DNA of 64,000 bases from Planctomycetota bacterium (GTDB lineage Bacteria; Planctomycetota; UBA8742; UBA2392): the NCBI GenBank assembly GCA_016712285.1, contig JADJRK010000001.1, forward strand, positions 4,058,761 to 4,122,760. The letters are read 5' to 3'. The position numbers were made by a program, and so were the translations under genes. The notes under the pieces were generated by a model. The model was not told where the DNA came from. It did no database searches and saw only the letters and a program-made list of their open reading frames with translations. Positions 39,720 to 50,485 of this stretch are shown one piece after another (the stretch's first letter is position 1; each line of letters begins with the position of its first letter).

Positions 39720-40193
39720 ATGAAGACCTATACCGAATACCTGTACTTCAACACCAAGAGCAAGCGCGAGTACATCCGCATCACCGACAAAGTCGAAGAA
39801 GTCGTGCAGAAATCGGGCGTGCGCGAGGGCATGGCACTGGTTTCAGCTATGCATATCACCGCGGGCGTATGGGTGAACGACGCCGAAAACGGGCTGCTTG
39901 ACGACATCGACCACTGGCTGGAGAGCCTGACGCCCTGTGGCGCCTACCCGCAGATCAAGTGGCCCAAAGCCGGCGAAGAAGGCCCCGTGCACGCCGTGCG
40001 CCACGAGTACGAACACCACCGCACCGGCGAAGACAACGGCGACAGCCACTTGAAGAGCATACTGGTGCACCACCAGGTAATCGTGCCGATCACGGACGGC
40101 AGGCTCGATTTGGGCACCTGGCAGCAGGTGTACTACGCCGAGTTCGACGGCCAACGCCGCAAACGGGTGATCATCAAGGTGATGGGCGCTTAG
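39720..40193 (+). CDS. YjbQ/UPF0047 family (secondary thiamine-phosphate synthase-like) protein
   Basis: ITDKVEE...[15 protein letters not shown]...[15 protein letters not shown] pattern of the YjbQ family. Confidence 0.7.
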   Translation: MKTYTEYLYFNTKSKREYIRITDKVEEVVQKSGVREGMALVSAMHITAGVWVNDAENGLLDDIDHWLESLTPCGAYPQIKWPKAGEEGPVHAVRHEYEHHRTGEDNGDSHLKSILVHHQVIVPITDGRLDLGTWQQVYYAEFDGQRRKRVIIKVMGA

Positions 40194-40876
40194 GTAAGCA
40201 CCCCGGGCAGCTCTCGGATGTCGCCAATCAACGCGTGGGCGGTTTCGAACTCGTGGACCTGGCCGTATCCGTACGTACAGCCGATGAACCATAGCCCGTT
40301 GGCCTGCGCCGCTTCCGCGTCGTGGAACCTGTCGCCTACCATGAGGCCCTTTGAAACGTTCAGCGCCTGCAGCGCCTTGCCCACCAGCGCTGACTTGTTG
40401 CGGCCCGCGATCGACTTGTCGCCCACGCAGTCACGATGGTCCAGCCAGCGATCAAGGCCGAATACGTCCACTACGCAGTCCATGTAGGGCTGGCTGCAAT
40501 TGCTGACCAGTGCCAGCTTCAGGCCCGACTGCTTGAGCGCATCCAGAACGTCGAGCGCGCCCTCAAACAGGTGGCCCATGCCCTTGGTCAGGAACTCGCG
40601 CTCGTGCACGGTGGATTCGAGGTGCAACTCGTGGGCTGCGTGCTTGAGCGACTCGGGCAGCAGCTCGGCGTAGAAGACGGCAGGCGGCTTGCCGATCTGG
40701 TCGCGAATCAGTTGCGTGGCGGGCGGCGCGGAAAGGCCCGGCAGACGGCCCGCGGCGATGAGCGCTTCAAAGGCGCGTGTGATGGCAAGTACGCCAAAAT
40801 CGCCGCTATTGAGCAGCGTGCCGTCCATGTCAAAGACGACGACTTCAGGCGAAGTTGTGGACCACGGGTAGGACAT
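40190..40876 (-). CDS. HAD-superfamily hydrolase (phosphatase)
   Basis: Motif [11 protein letters not shown], motif III K, motif IV GDRFHD. Confidence 0.75.
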   Translation of the reverse strand: MSYPWSTTSPEVVVFDMDGTLLNSGDFGVLAITRAFEALIAAGRLPGLSAPPATQLIRDQIGKPPAVFYAELLPESLKHAAHELHLESTVHEREFLTKGMGHLFEGALDVLDALKQSGLKLALVSNCSQPYMDCVVDVFGLDRWLDHRDCVGDKSIAGRNKSALVGKALQALNVSKGLMVGDRFHDAEAAQANGLWFIGCTYGYGQVHEFETAHALIGDIRELPGVLT

Positions 40877-40879
40877 GAC

Positions 40880-40985
40880 TTGAGTTCTGCGTTCTGAGTT
40901 CTGCGTTCTGGGTTGAACTCCGTGGTGCGCCACTCCTGACATCCTGCGTCAAGTCTGGAACCCGGAACTCAGAACTACCAAACGC
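40880..40985. promoter_or_regulatory. direct-repeat (GAGTTCTGCGTTCT x2) and inverted-repeat (TGAGTTC...GAACTCA) region upstream of the HAD gene
   Basis: Read directly from the sequence; lies in the 5' leader of the minus-strand HAD gene. Confidence 0.35.
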
Positions 40986-40989
40986 CGAT

Positions 40990-41694
40990 CTATTCTTTCT
41001 TCTCTTCTTCCGGTTTTCGGGCCAGCGTGACGGCATACACCATGCCGATCACGAAGCCGCCGATGTGCGCCCACCATGCGACGCCGGAACTCTCGGCGCC
41101 TTGCGGGCTGAGCTGGATCTCGGTCAGGGCGTTGATCACGTTCATGCCAATCCAGAACAACAGGTAGAAGAACGCCGGCACGCGCACAATCACCGGGATC
41201 ACGATGATCGGCACCACGCTGATCACACGCGCCTTCGGAAACAGCACAAAGAAACCACCCATCACGCCCGCAATCGCGCCGCTGGCGCCGACGACCGGGA
41301 TGTCACTGCCGCCCGAGAACGCGATCTGGGTGATGCTCGCCGCCAAGCCGCACGCCAGGTAGATCACGAAAAACCGTATGCGGCCGAAGCGGTCCTCCAC
41401 GTTCGGCCCGAACACGAACAGCGAAAGCATGTTGCCCAGCAGGTGCCACAGCCCGCCGTACAGGAACATGCAAGTCAGGAAGGGCAGCACTTTTTCTAGG
41501 GTCGAGAGGTCATTGCCGGCCCGTGCGCTAAACAGGTGTGGGTAGTTCGACGGCACCAGGCCGTACTCGTAAAAGAACTGATTCGCATCAGTCACCAGCA
41601 TTTGCTGGGTGAACGCGAAGATGTTCAGCGCGATCAGCAGCCACGTGACAATGGGCCATGAGTTTACGCGCTCAGTCGTCTTCAACGGGAACAT
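40990..41694 (-). CDS. rhomboid family intramembrane serine protease
   Basis: GASGAIAG (GxSG) and AHIGGF catalytic-His motifs; 6 TM. Confidence 0.85.
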   Translation of the reverse strand: MFPLKTTERVNSWPIVTWLLIALNIFAFTQQMLVTDANQFFYEYGLVPSNYPHLFSARAGNDLSTLEKVLPFLTCMFLYGGLWHLLGNMLSLFVFGPNVEDRFGRIRFFVIYLACGLAASITQIAFSGGSDIPVVGASGAIAGVMGGFFVLFPKARVISVVPIIVIPVIVRVPAFFYLLFWIGMNVINALTEIQLSPQGAESSGVAWWAHIGGFVIGMVYAVTLARKPEEEKKE

Positions 41695-41863
41695 GCGGAC
41701 AGAATAACAGGATCAGCTTGCAGCGGGCAGCAGGCAGCAGGCGGGCGTGGCGGTCAGTCCATTGTTCATGATTCATTGAAAACTGCTCATGGCCCTTGCT
41801 TGTCAGCCCTTTGTTGAAGCGTTGCCTCTTGCATTGTCGCCGCGCTTGGTAAACCTTTCCGCC

Positions 41864-43999
41864 ATGTCTCGCGTGACACGGCTGATCAATCGCAACGGGG
41901 AAGTGGTGCCCTTCCGGCGCTCGCGTGTCGTTCGTGCGATCCTTGCCGCGGTGCGGTCGTCGGGCAGCAAAGACGAGTGGGTCGCCGACAAGCTGGCCGA
42001 CATGGTGGTCTACTTTCTGGACAGCCTGCACGGTGAGCGCCCCACGCCACCGACCGCCGATGACGTAGACGACACCATTGAAAAAGCGCTGCTCAGCTCG
42101 CCGGATCTTTCCATCGTTGCGCAGGCCTTCATCTCGGGCCGCACGATGCGCCGCGAAATCGAACAGCTTGAAGTCGCAGGCACCGATACCGACGGCCCCC
42201 GCGTGTCGCAGTCAAGCCAGGGTGCAGGCGGCTGGAACCGCGTGCGCATCACGGCGGCGCTGATGCGCGAAAACGGTCTGGACTCGGCGCAGGCAGGCGC
42301 CGTGGCCGAGGCGGTCGAGAAGCGCGTGCTTGCGCTGGATGTGGCGCGCGTGACCACGGGCCTGATTCGTGAGCTGGCAGACGCAGAGCTGCTTTCGCGC
42401 GGCCTGATCAACGAGCCCAGCATTGTTTCCGTGCCGCGCTACGACCTTGAACAATGGATGTTTCCCGGCGACGACACCGACGCACAGCCGGTGGCCGGCC
42501 AGGCCGAGCTAGCCGATCGCGCAGGCCGCCGCGTGCTTGAAGCCTACACGCTGCAGAACATCATGGGCGGTGCGGCGCGCGATGCCCACGAGGACGGCAG
42601 CCTGCACTTTGAAGCGCTGCACGCGCCGGCCGCTGTGGTCGCGACACGGCTTGACGTGTGTGCGCTGCTGCGCGGCGGCGCCGGCTTTGGCATGCAGCGC
42701 ATGGCGCCCGAGTCCGCGGCTGGGCTCAGCGCTGCGTTTGCGCGAATTGCCGCGATGCTGCGCGACGCGGCGGCCTTTACCGCCGGGCCTGTGACGCTGA
42801 AAGGCTTTGACCGCGCCCTGGCTGGCCAAGTGGCCGAAAACGCCGAGGCCCTTGACCGCGGCCAGATGCAGGATGGTGTGCGTCTGCTGGCAGCATTGGC
42901 ACCGCAGGGGCTTGTCATCGAGTGCGGCCCGCCGGGCACATCGGCCCGCGACATAGTAACGCGCACGTTGATTGACGCACTCGCCGGCAGTGAGGGCGCG
43001 CTGCGCCGCCAGGTCGCGCTGGAGTTGACGGTCAGTGCCGGCGCCTTTGCCGACCCCGCGCGTCGCGCGCTGATCGAGCGTGCGGCATCTGCTGCCGCGT
43101 ATTGCGGCGTGCCGGTGTTTCGGCTGCGTGAGCCGGCAACCGGCGGCGGCGGCGGGCTGTTTGACGACACGGCGGGTCCGCCCCATGAAATTCTGCTGGC
43201 GCGCGTGGCGTTGAACATGATGCGACCGGCGCTGGACGCTACAGCCATGGACGTCGTGCTGGAGCGCCTGGACGCGGCCCTTGCCGTAGCCGCCAAGGGG
43301 CTGGCGTTGCGCGTGCGATATCTTGAGCGCGTGGCCATGCGCGACCTGGCGGAGCCCGCGCCGGCATCGGCCCGCATGTTCCGCGCACTGGTGGGGGGCT
43401 CGCGCGATGTCGGGGTTGCGCCCGTGGGATTGTGGCCTGCGGCGGTCAAGTTGTCGGGTGCAGCCGGAGAATCCGAGCCGCAGGTGCAGCGCGTGGCGCA
43501 GCAGTTGCTGAGTTATGCGGCCTTCAAGTTTCGTGAGCTTGCAGCGCGCGAAGGGCTTACGGGCCGCCTGTGCGGCCAGGCCGGTGAAGCGGCGTGCGGG
43601 CGCATGGCGGGACAGGATGCAGCAATATTGCAGCGCACAAACCCCGAGTCACCGCTGCGCGTGGCGCTGTCGCGCGAAGGCGCATACCAGCCGGGCGCCG
43701 GTGGCGACCCCGCGCGCGCGCTGGCCCAGCGCCTAGATGCCGAAGGTGCGCTGCACGCCCTGCTCGGCCGCGACGCCGAGGTAGTGGCCGAGGAATCGCT
43801 CACGGCGCAAGACGTCACACGCGTGCTGCGCGAGTGCCTGTCTGAGCGTGGCCCGCGCCCGGCACGATTTGCAGTCAGCATTCGCAGCCGCACCTGCCGT
43901 GATTGCGGCAACGCTTTCCCGGCCCATCGCGACGCCTGCCCGGTCTGCGGCAGCACCGCCTGGGCGTTGCCGCCGGGCCAGAAGTCGCTGTTCGGGTAG
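41864..43999 (+). CDS. double ATP-cone protein with NrdD-like C-terminal Zn-ribbon (anaerobic RNR-like, probably non-catalytic)
   Basis: ATP-cones VTRLINRNGEVVPFRRSRVVRAI and WNRVRITAALMRENG; C-terminal CRDCG...CPVCG zinc ribbon; no glycyl-radical RVxGY motif seen. Confidence 0.6.
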   Translation: MSRVTRLINRNGEVVPFRRSRVVRAILAAVRSSGSKDEWVADKLADMVVYFLDSLHGERPTPPTADDVDDTIEKALLSSPDLSIVAQAFISGRTMRREIEQLEVAGTDTDGPRVSQSSQGAGGWNRVRITAALMRENGLDSAQAGAVAEAVEKRVLALDVARVTTGLIRELADAELLSRGLINEPSIVSVPRYDLEQWMFPGDDTDAQPVAGQAELADRAGRRVLEAYTLQNIMGGAARDAHEDGSLHFEALHAPAAVVATRLDVCALLRGGAGFGMQRMAPESAAGLSAAFARIAAMLRDAAAFTAGPVTLKGFDRALAGQVAENAEALDRGQMQDGVRLLAALAPQGLVIECGPPGTSARDIVTRTLIDALAGSEGALRRQVALELTVSAGAFADPARRALIERAASAAAYCGVPVFRLREPATGGGGGLFDDTAGPPHEILLARVALNMMRPALDATAMDVVLERLDAALAVAAKGLALRVRYLERVAMRDLAEPAPASARMFRALVGGSRDVGVAPVGLWPAAVKLSGAAGESEPQVQRVAQQLLSYAAFKFRELAAREGLTGRLCGQAGEAACGRMAGQDAAILQRTNPESPLRVALSREGAYQPGAGGDPARALAQRLDAEGALHALLGRDAEVVAEESLTAQDVTRVLRECLSERGPRPARFAVSIRSRTCRDCGNAFPAHRDACPVCGSTAWALPPGQKSLFG

Positions 44000-44060
44000 G
44001 TTACGGCGCGCCCAAACAGGCTATACTCGGGCTCCCTGCTCAGGCCCCTGGCGAGTTGAG

Positions 44061-45524
44061 ATGAAAGCAGTCCAACTTCTATCGCTGCTGTTTCTGCTGG
44101 CTGCATGCAGCACGCCGCCCACGAACAACAGCGCATCGACCGACGGTGGCGACACGGGCGAAGGCGGTTTCAAAGACACCCGCAACATCCCGCACAACGA
44201 AAAGACCGCACAGCAGTTCATTCGGCGCTTTGAGGGCCTGCGGGTGGGCCTGCTGAACTATTTCGACCCGACTGAAGTCGAGCTGGTCAATCGCCAGTTC
44301 ACTTGCGAAACCGTGGTCTTTCGTCTGAACAGCACCGGCGACACCGGTGCCCTGCATGGCGCAGCCGCGGACCTTGCCGCCGAGCTTGCGATCAAGCTGG
44401 GCTGGGAACACAGCCAGACAGCCACCAGCGAATCCATGGTCGAGTCGCACCTGGCGGTCGTGAGCATACGCTCGATCGGCATACCTGCCGGCGCGAAGCC
44501 CGGCGACATGATCCCGGTTGCCATTGAGCTGAAAGGCAACGCGACCGACATCCACGGCGGATACGTCTACACGACGCCCCTGAAGAACAGTGCCGGCCGC
44601 ACGGTCGCTATCTTGAAAGAGGGCTATCTGCCCTTTGACGTCAACCGTATGGAACCCGAGGATGTCACCGAGGACATGCGCCAAGATGCCAAGAACCTCG
44701 AGCGTCGCGAAGCAGCCAACGGCTCGTGGTTTCTGCTGCGCAAGGGCGTGACCATCCAGAAAACGGTGCTGTCGGACGACCTGTCGGCTGACCAGATCAT
44801 CCTGCCGCTGGTACGCAAAGTGAATGCAGAGGAAGTGGTGCGGACGTTGTCGTCTGACCTGATCCCGGATGTTGTCGCGGACATCAAGCGACAGATGGCC
44901 GAGATCGGCCTGCCCGCCAAGGTGGAAGATGAGCCCGGCAAAATCATCATCACGCCGCTGGGTGTGCGTGAAATCTCGCTGCAGCAGGTGTACGAGCGGG
45001 TAGAAGACCTGCGCGTTGAGCTGAAGCCCAAGAATCGCATCATTATCGTGTTCGACGACACGCTGTTCCGGGTGGCCATTTATGGCCCCGTAGCGCATCG
45101 TTTTCTCATCGACGGGCTGGCGCTGACCACCGACCCGTTCACCCGCGACAAGCCGAACGTTGACGCCTACCAGCTGCCCTTTCGCGTGAGTTGCCGCCTG
45201 CTGCAAAGGGCTGATCCCGGCCGCTCACGGCTGTTCGGCGTGCCCGACGCGGACAACCCGAACCCCGACGGCCACAAGGGGCGCGTGCGTCTTGCCTGGA
45301 GCCGCTGGAAAGACGGCAAGCAAATCGAGGAACAGACCGAAGAGCTGCCCACCAGCGATATCAGCGAAATCCTGCGCCACCTTTGGATCCGCGGCATGGG
45401 CCCGCGCGAAGTGCTCGCCTTTGTAGTGGAAGCCGAGGCGTCGTACGCAATCAATGCCGAGCTTGGCTTCAACCATCACAAGATCGACCTGGACCGCATC
45501 ACTGAGGCGAAACCGGGCGAATGA
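44061..45524 (+). CDS. hypothetical lipoprotein
   Basis: Signal peptide with lipobox LLAACS; 487 aa. Confidence 0.6.
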   Translation: MKAVQLLSLLFLLAACSTPPTNNSASTDGGDTGEGGFKDTRNIPHNEKTAQQFIRRFEGLRVGLLNYFDPTEVELVNRQFTCETVVFRLNSTGDTGALHGAAADLAAELAIKLGWEHSQTATSESMVESHLAVVSIRSIGIPAGAKPGDMIPVAIELKGNATDIHGGYVYTTPLKNSAGRTVAILKEGYLPFDVNRMEPEDVTEDMRQDAKNLERREAANGSWFLLRKGVTIQKTVLSDDLSADQIILPLVRKVNAEEVVRTLSSDLIPDVVADIKRQMAEIGLPAKVEDEPGKIIITPLGVREISLQQVYERVEDLRVELKPKNRIIIVFDDTLFRVAIYGPVAHRFLIDGLALTTDPFTRDKPNVDAYQLPFRVSCRLLQRADPGRSRLFGVPDADNPNPDGHKGRVRLAWSRWKDGKQIEEQTEELPTSDISEILRHLWIRGMGPREVLAFVVEAEASYAINAELGFNHHKIDLDRITEAKPGE

Positions 45525-45699
45525 TCGCACAACTTGTCCACCTGGTATCCACGGCCGCCTGACACCCGTGAAGATGGTGTAAACTTTGACCCGGAAAGCC
45601 CTTCAATCGTGGGGTTTTGCCCAAAGAAAACCCGCCCTTCCCGTCGATACGCTAAAGATTGCCGGGGGTGGTGCCCCGGACTCTTTTGGCAGGTGGCCC

Positions 45700-48600
45700 A
45701 TGCGCATCGTCAGCCTTGAAATGGACGGCTTTAAGTCCTTTGGGCGGCACACGATCTTTGAATTCCCGGCCCCGATCACGGGTGTCGTCGGGCCCAACGG
45801 GTGCGGCAAGTCCAACGTCGTTGATGCCACGCGCTGGGTGCTGGGCGAAATGTCGCGCAAAGCGCTGCGGGCCAAAAGCAGCACGGACGTGATCTTTTCG
45901 GGCAGTGCCACACGCAAGCCGGCCCGCTACGCCGAAGTCAGCATCAGCTTCGACAACAGCGACAAGGTGCTGCCGTTTTCGAGCAAGATTGTCCGTGTGA
46001 CGCGCCGCCTCGAAAAGAACGGCGACAGCTTCTACCTGATCAACGGCGAGCCCGCCAAGCTGCGCGACGTGCGCGGGTTGTTCGAGGGCACTGGTGCCGC
46101 CATGAGCGCCTACAGCATCATGGAACAGGGCAAGATGGACGCCCTGCTGCAAAGCAAGCCCGAAGACCGCCGAGTGGTCTTTGAAGAAGCCGCCGGCATC
46201 GGCCAGATGCGCAAACAGCAGGAAATCGCGCAGGCCAAGCTGGTGATCGTTGACCAGAACCTCGACCGACTTAAAGACGTGCTGGCAGAAGTGAAGGGCC
46301 AGCTTCGCAAGATCAAGGCGCAGGCCGGACGCGCCCTGAAGTACACCGAGTTGAAAGAGCGCTGCCGCGTCATCCACGAGCAGCTTGGCTTGGCGGAGTT
46401 CGCACGCCTGGACGTCCAGCGCGAAGAGCTGCTGCAGGTGATCGCAGCCGCCGGCAAGCGCGAAGGTGCCATCCAGGCCGACCTTGCCAAGACGCGCATG
46501 GACCTCGAAGACGCCGAGACGAACCTGGCCGACGCCGAGCATGAAGAGCGCCGGCTGGCCGAGCGCATTCACAAGCTTGAGCTGGATATCCGCGCCGAAC
46601 AGAACAAGCGCGAACAGGCGCTGGCACGCGTGGACAGCCTGCAGCAGGCCATCCAGCGCGCGAAAGAATTGTCTGAACGTGTGCGCCAGCAGGTAAGTGG
46701 CCTCAAGCAGCGCCGCGAGAGCATCCAGACCGAAACCGAGCAGGGCCGCGCAGAAATGGCGGCACTGACCAAGCGGGTAAGCGAACTTGCACAGGCCGAG
46801 CAGGCCGCGCGCGCCGAAACAGAGTCGATGGAGGCGCAGCTCAAGGAGGTCCGCAACCATCTGCTGGATGCCATCGGCGAAGCCAACGGCGCATTGAACC
46901 AGCGCATGACGCTGGATGCCGAGTTGCGCGGCGCGCGCCGCCGCCTTGAGACACTTGAGGCGCGGGGCACAGAGGCAGCACGCGAGTTTGACGACGTCGC
47001 GACGCGCGCCAACGCAGCCAATGCGGCCAAGCATGAACAGGAAGAAGCACTCGCCGGCTTGAAGGCCGAGCTCGCCGAGCTGGACGCGCAGCTTGCGCCC
47101 ACGGCAAGCTCTGCCAACGACTTGCGCCAGCGCAAACACGCCCTTGAACTCAAGCGCGGCGCCAAACTTGAGCGCAAAGCCATGCTGGTCAGCATGGCCG
47201 AGCAGCGCCCGGGGCTTGATGACACCGCACGCGAATTGCTGGCAGACCCCGCGCGCTGTCAAAGCTTCGGTATCCTGGGCGTGATCGCTGACAATGTGCG
47301 CATCGACCTTGGCTTCGCCGCCGCCCTTGAACGCGTGCTGAAAGACCTTGGCAGCGCCATCGTGGTGGACCGGCTGGAGCAGGCGCACGACCTGTTTGAC
47401 TGGCTGGCGGGACGCGGCAGCAGCAACATCACGCTGATCGCGCGCGACCAGTTTTCCGCGCCGAAGAAGGCGCCACAGTTTCCCGGCGGCAAGGGCGTGA
47501 TTGGCCCGCTGCTGGACGAGGTGAAGGTCAACGACGGTTTTGCCGAGCTGCTGGGGGCGCTGGTCAGTGACGTGCTGCTGGTGGCTGACCGCAGCGTCGC
47601 GCGCCGCCTGATGAAAACAAGCGCGGGCTTTCGCATCGTGACGCCGACCGGCGAGATGTTCACGCTGCCGGGCGCATTCGCGCTGGCGGGCGGCGAGACC
47701 AACACCGGGCTGATCACGCAGCAGTCCGAGATTGACCGGCTGACGCGTGATTTGGGCGTGCTGGACACTGAAGTCGAAGAGACGGCAACGAAACTTGCCG
47801 ACGCGCTGACACGCCAGGAGCAACTGGCAGCCCGCGGCGTAGAGTTGCGTGCATCGATCTATGACGCGAGCATGGAGGCGGCTTCGCGCCGCGTTGCGCT
47901 TGAGTCGCTGAATCGCGAACACAAGCGCCTTGCTGAAGAGCAGGACGTGCTGCGCCGCGAACAGGCGCTGCTGCAAACGCAGGTCGAGCAGAGCCTGGCG
48001 CGCCACAGCGAACTGACCGAACAGATGGCCCGCGCCGAAGAAGAGAAGTCGCGCTGCGAGGGCGAACTGGCCCGCCTGAACGAAGATGCAGCCGCGCGCA
48101 GAGTCACACTGGCCGAGGCCCGCGACGCACTGACCGACGCCCGGGTCGATGAAGCCGCCCGCCGTACGCGCCTGGCGCAGTCGGAAGATTCGCTCAAGGG
48201 CATCGACAGCGCGCTGGCGCGCTATGCCGAAGAGCTGACCCGCAGTGCCGGCGAAGTCGAAACGCACGCCAAGGAAAGCCGCGGCCTGGAGCACGCGGCA
48301 GGCAGCAGCGTGGAAGTACAAGCCGAGCTTGAACGCGAGCAGGCCGAACTGAACGACCGTCGCAGCCAGGGCGGCGGCATGCTGGCCACCCGCCGCGCCG
48401 CCGTGGAGCAAGCCCGCGAGTACGCCACGGAACTGCAGGAGAAGCTGTACACCGAGCGCGAGAGCGTGCAGCAGGCGCGCATTGATGAAAACACGCTGTT
48501 CATGAAGATGGACTCGGTGCGGCGCCGCCTGTCTGAGCTGTACAACACCGACATCGACGGCCTGTACCGCGACTTTGACGCGCAACGAAGCGTGATTGAT

Positions 48601-49278
48601 GAATCGGCTTGCCGGCAGGAACTGGGCGTGGTCGAAGACCAGTTGCGCAAGCTCGGCAACGTCAATATGGAAGCGATGGACGAACTGAAGGAAACCGAAG
48701 AGCGCAACGACTTCTACAGCAAGCAGGAAAGCGACCTGCTGAAGGCCAAGCGCACGCTCGGCGACGCGATCGCGCGCATCGAGAACGAAACGCGGCGCAT
48801 GTTCCTGACGACGTTCGAAGCCATACGCACGAACTTCCAGCGCCTGTTCCGGCGGCTGTTCGGCGGCGGCAGCGCAGACATCATGCTCACGAACCCGGAA
48901 GACCCGCTCAACAGCGGCGTAGAAATCATCGCAAAGCCGCCGGGCAAAGAGGCGCTGCCGATTGCGATGCGCAGCGGCGGCGAACGCGCCATGATCAGCG
49001 TGGCGATGATGTTCGCCGTGTACGAGACGAACCCGGCGCCCTATGCGATCCTGGACGAGGTGGACGCGCCGCTGGATGAAGCCAACGTAGATCGCTTCTG
49101 CAGCGTGATTGAAGATTACGCCAAGGTCAGCCAGTTCATCATCATCACGCACCACAAGAAAACGATGGCGGCCTGTGACACGCTATACGGCGTCACAATG
49201 CAGGAACCCGGCACCAGCACCAAGGTCAGCGTGGATTTGCGCACTGCGGACACGGCGGAACTGGTGGCAAGCGCCTGA
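45700..49278 (+). CDS. smc: chromosome segregation protein SMC
   Basis: Walker A GPNGCGKSN, long coiled coils, hinge, C-terminal signature and Walker B (ILDEVDAPLD). Confidence 0.92.
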   Translation: MRIVSLEMDGFKSFGRHTIFEFPAPITGVVGPNGCGKSNVVDATRWVLGEMSRKALRAKSSTDVIFSGSATRKPARYAEVSISFDNSDKVLPFSSKIVRVTRRLEKNGDSFYLINGEPAKLRDVRGLFEGTGAAMSAYSIMEQGKMDALLQSKPEDRRVVFEEAAGIGQMRKQQEIAQAKLVIVDQNLDRLKDVLAEVKGQLRKIKAQAGRALKYTELKERCRVIHEQLGLAEFARLDVQREELLQVIAAAGKREGAIQADLAKTRMDLEDAETNLADAEHEERRLAERIHKLELDIRAEQNKREQALARVDSLQQAIQRAKELSERVRQQVSGLKQRRESIQTETEQGRAEMAALTKRVSELAQAEQAARAETESMEAQLKEVRNHLLDAIGEANGALNQRMTLDAELRGARRRLETLEARGTEAAREFDDVATRANAANAAKHEQEEALAGLKAELAELDAQLAPTASSANDLRQRKHALELKRGAKLERKAMLVSMAEQRPGLDDTARELLADPARCQSFGILGVIADNVRIDLGFAAALERVLKDLGSAIVVDRLEQAHDLFDWLAGRGSSNITLIARDQFSAPKKAPQFPGGKGVIGPLLDEVKVNDGFAELLGALVSDVLLVADRSVARRLMKTSAGFRIVTPTGEMFTLPGAFALAGGETNTGLITQQSEIDRLTRDLGVLDTEVEETATKLADALTRQEQLAARGVELRASIYDASMEAASRRVALESLNREHKRLAEEQDVLRREQALLQTQVEQSLARHSELTEQMARAEEEKSRCEGELARLNEDAAARRVTLAEARDALTDARVDEAARRTRLAQSEDSLKGIDSALARYAEELTRSAGEVETHAKESRGLEHAAGSSVEVQAELEREQAELNDRRSQGGGMLATRRAAVEQAREYATELQEKLYTERESVQQARIDENTLFMKMDSVRRRLSELYNTDIDGLYRDFDAQRSVIDESACRQELGVVEDQLRKLGNVNMEAMDELKETEERNDFYSKQESDLLKAKRTLGDAIARIENETRRMFLTTFEAIRTNFQRLFRRLFGGGSADIMLTNPEDPLNSGVEIIAKPPGKEALPIAMRSGGERAMISVAMMFAVYETNPAPYAILDEVDAPLDEANVDRFCSVIEDYAKVSQFIIITHHKKTMAACDTLYGVTMQEPGTSTKVSVDLRTADTAELVASA

Positions 49279-49294
49279 GAATGATTGCGTTGCC

Positions 49295-49326
49295 AAGCCC
49301 GCGACTTCCGTCGCGGGCTTTCAATT
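49295..49326 (+). terminator. putative terminator hairpin after smc
   Basis: AAGCCCGCGAC-TTCC-GTCGCGGGCTT followed by a T-containing tail. Confidence 0.45.
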
Positions 49327-49341
49327 GTACGCTCCGGCCCC

Positions 49342-50130
49342 ATGGAAAAACTCTCCAAGGCTCGCAGCAAAGAACTTCGCGCGCTCAAGTTGCGCAAGTC
49401 GCGCGACGAGCTTGGCCTGTACGTCGCCGAGGGCCCGCTGCTGCTGGAAGAGGCGCTCAAGGCCGGCGTGTTCCCGCGCTATGTGGTCACTTGCGATGAG
49501 TTGATGGAAGGCACCCGCGACAAGATCAGCGCGCTGGTGCAGAAGTGCATTTCCGAACAGGTCGAGTGTTTCAGCAGCGACGCCGGCGAGTTCATGAACG
49601 CCAGCGACACCGTCAACAGCCAGGGCCTGCTGGCGATCTTTGGCTTGCCCGTCTACGACCTGAACGCGCTGCTGCTCAAGCCGCGGCTGACCCTGCTGGT
49701 GCTGGATAACGTGCGCGACCCCGGCAACCTGGGCACAATCATGCGCCAGGCGGCGGCGTTTGACTGCGACGGCCTGCTGCTGCTCAAGGGCTGTGTCGAC
49801 GCCTACAACCACAAGGCCGTGCGCGCCAGCATGGGCGGCGTGTTCCATGTGCCGGTGTTCAATGACCTGACGCCCGAGGACGTGATCGAGAAACTCTCGG
49901 GCACCGGTGTCTGGCCCTACGTCACGGGCACCAAGGGCAAGAATGCATTTGAGGTCAGCTACCCGCCAAAGACGGCGTTCATCATCGGCGGCGAAAGCGA
50001 AGGCGTGCAGCCGTTCTGGGGCGACCACGAAGTAATCCAGGTAAGCATTCCGCAGACGGCAAAGGTGGAAAGCCTGAATGCAGCCGTTGCCGCCAGCATC
50101 CTGCTCGCGTACCGGTACCAGGCGCGCTAG
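49342..50130 (+). CDS. TrmH/SpoU-family RNA 2'-O-methyltransferase (RlmB-like)
   Basis: SpoU motifs LVLDNVRDPGNLGTIMR, FIIGGESEG, ESLNAAVAASI. Confidence 0.8.
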   Translation: MEKLSKARSKELRALKLRKSRDELGLYVAEGPLLLEEALKAGVFPRYVVTCDELMEGTRDKISALVQKCISEQVECFSSDAGEFMNASDTVNSQGLLAIFGLPVYDLNALLLKPRLTLLVLDNVRDPGNLGTIMRQAAAFDCDGLLLLKGCVDAYNHKAVRASMGGVFHVPVFNDLTPEDVIEKLSGTGVWPYVTGTKGKNAFEVSYPPKTAFIIGGESEGVQPFWGDHEVIQVSIPQTAKVESLNAAVAASILLAYRYQAR

Positions 50131-50134
50131 GTAC

Positions 50135-50410
50135 CTACTCTTCGCCAAGAAAGAACTTGTTCTTGAACAGCTCGACCAGGCTGGTGACTGCCGCATCGGC
50201 GTCGCTGCCTTCGGCCTCGACCTTCAAGCGCGTGCCTTTTTCCGCGGCGAGCATGATGACGTCGATGATCGACTTGGCGTTGCAGCGGTGGTCGCCCTTG
50301 ATCAGGTACACTTCAGACGCGAACTTCGACGCCGTCTCAATCACCTTCATCGCCGGCCGCTGGTGCAGGCCGTACTTGTTCAGCAGCTCGACTTCGGCGG
50401 TTGCGGACAT
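50135..50410 (-). CDS. ptsH: phosphocarrier protein HPr
   Basis: GLHQRPA active-site His motif; 91 aa. Confidence 0.8.
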   Translation of the reverse strand: MSATAEVELLNKYGLHQRPAMKVIETASKFASEVYLIKGDHRCNAKSIIDVIMLAAEKGTRLKVEAEGSDADAAVTSLVELFKNKFFLGEE

Positions 50411-50485
50411 AGTTGACAGTGTATGTATGGGCGTGCGGCGTTGGAATCAAGGGACTTGCGACTTGTGGTTTTGCGGCATCAAGGC

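Noticed and set aside
45652-49155. 1167-aa minus-strand ORF
   Set aside because: It is the antisense shadow of smc. Its composition is Arg/Ala/Gln-rich with no domain signature.
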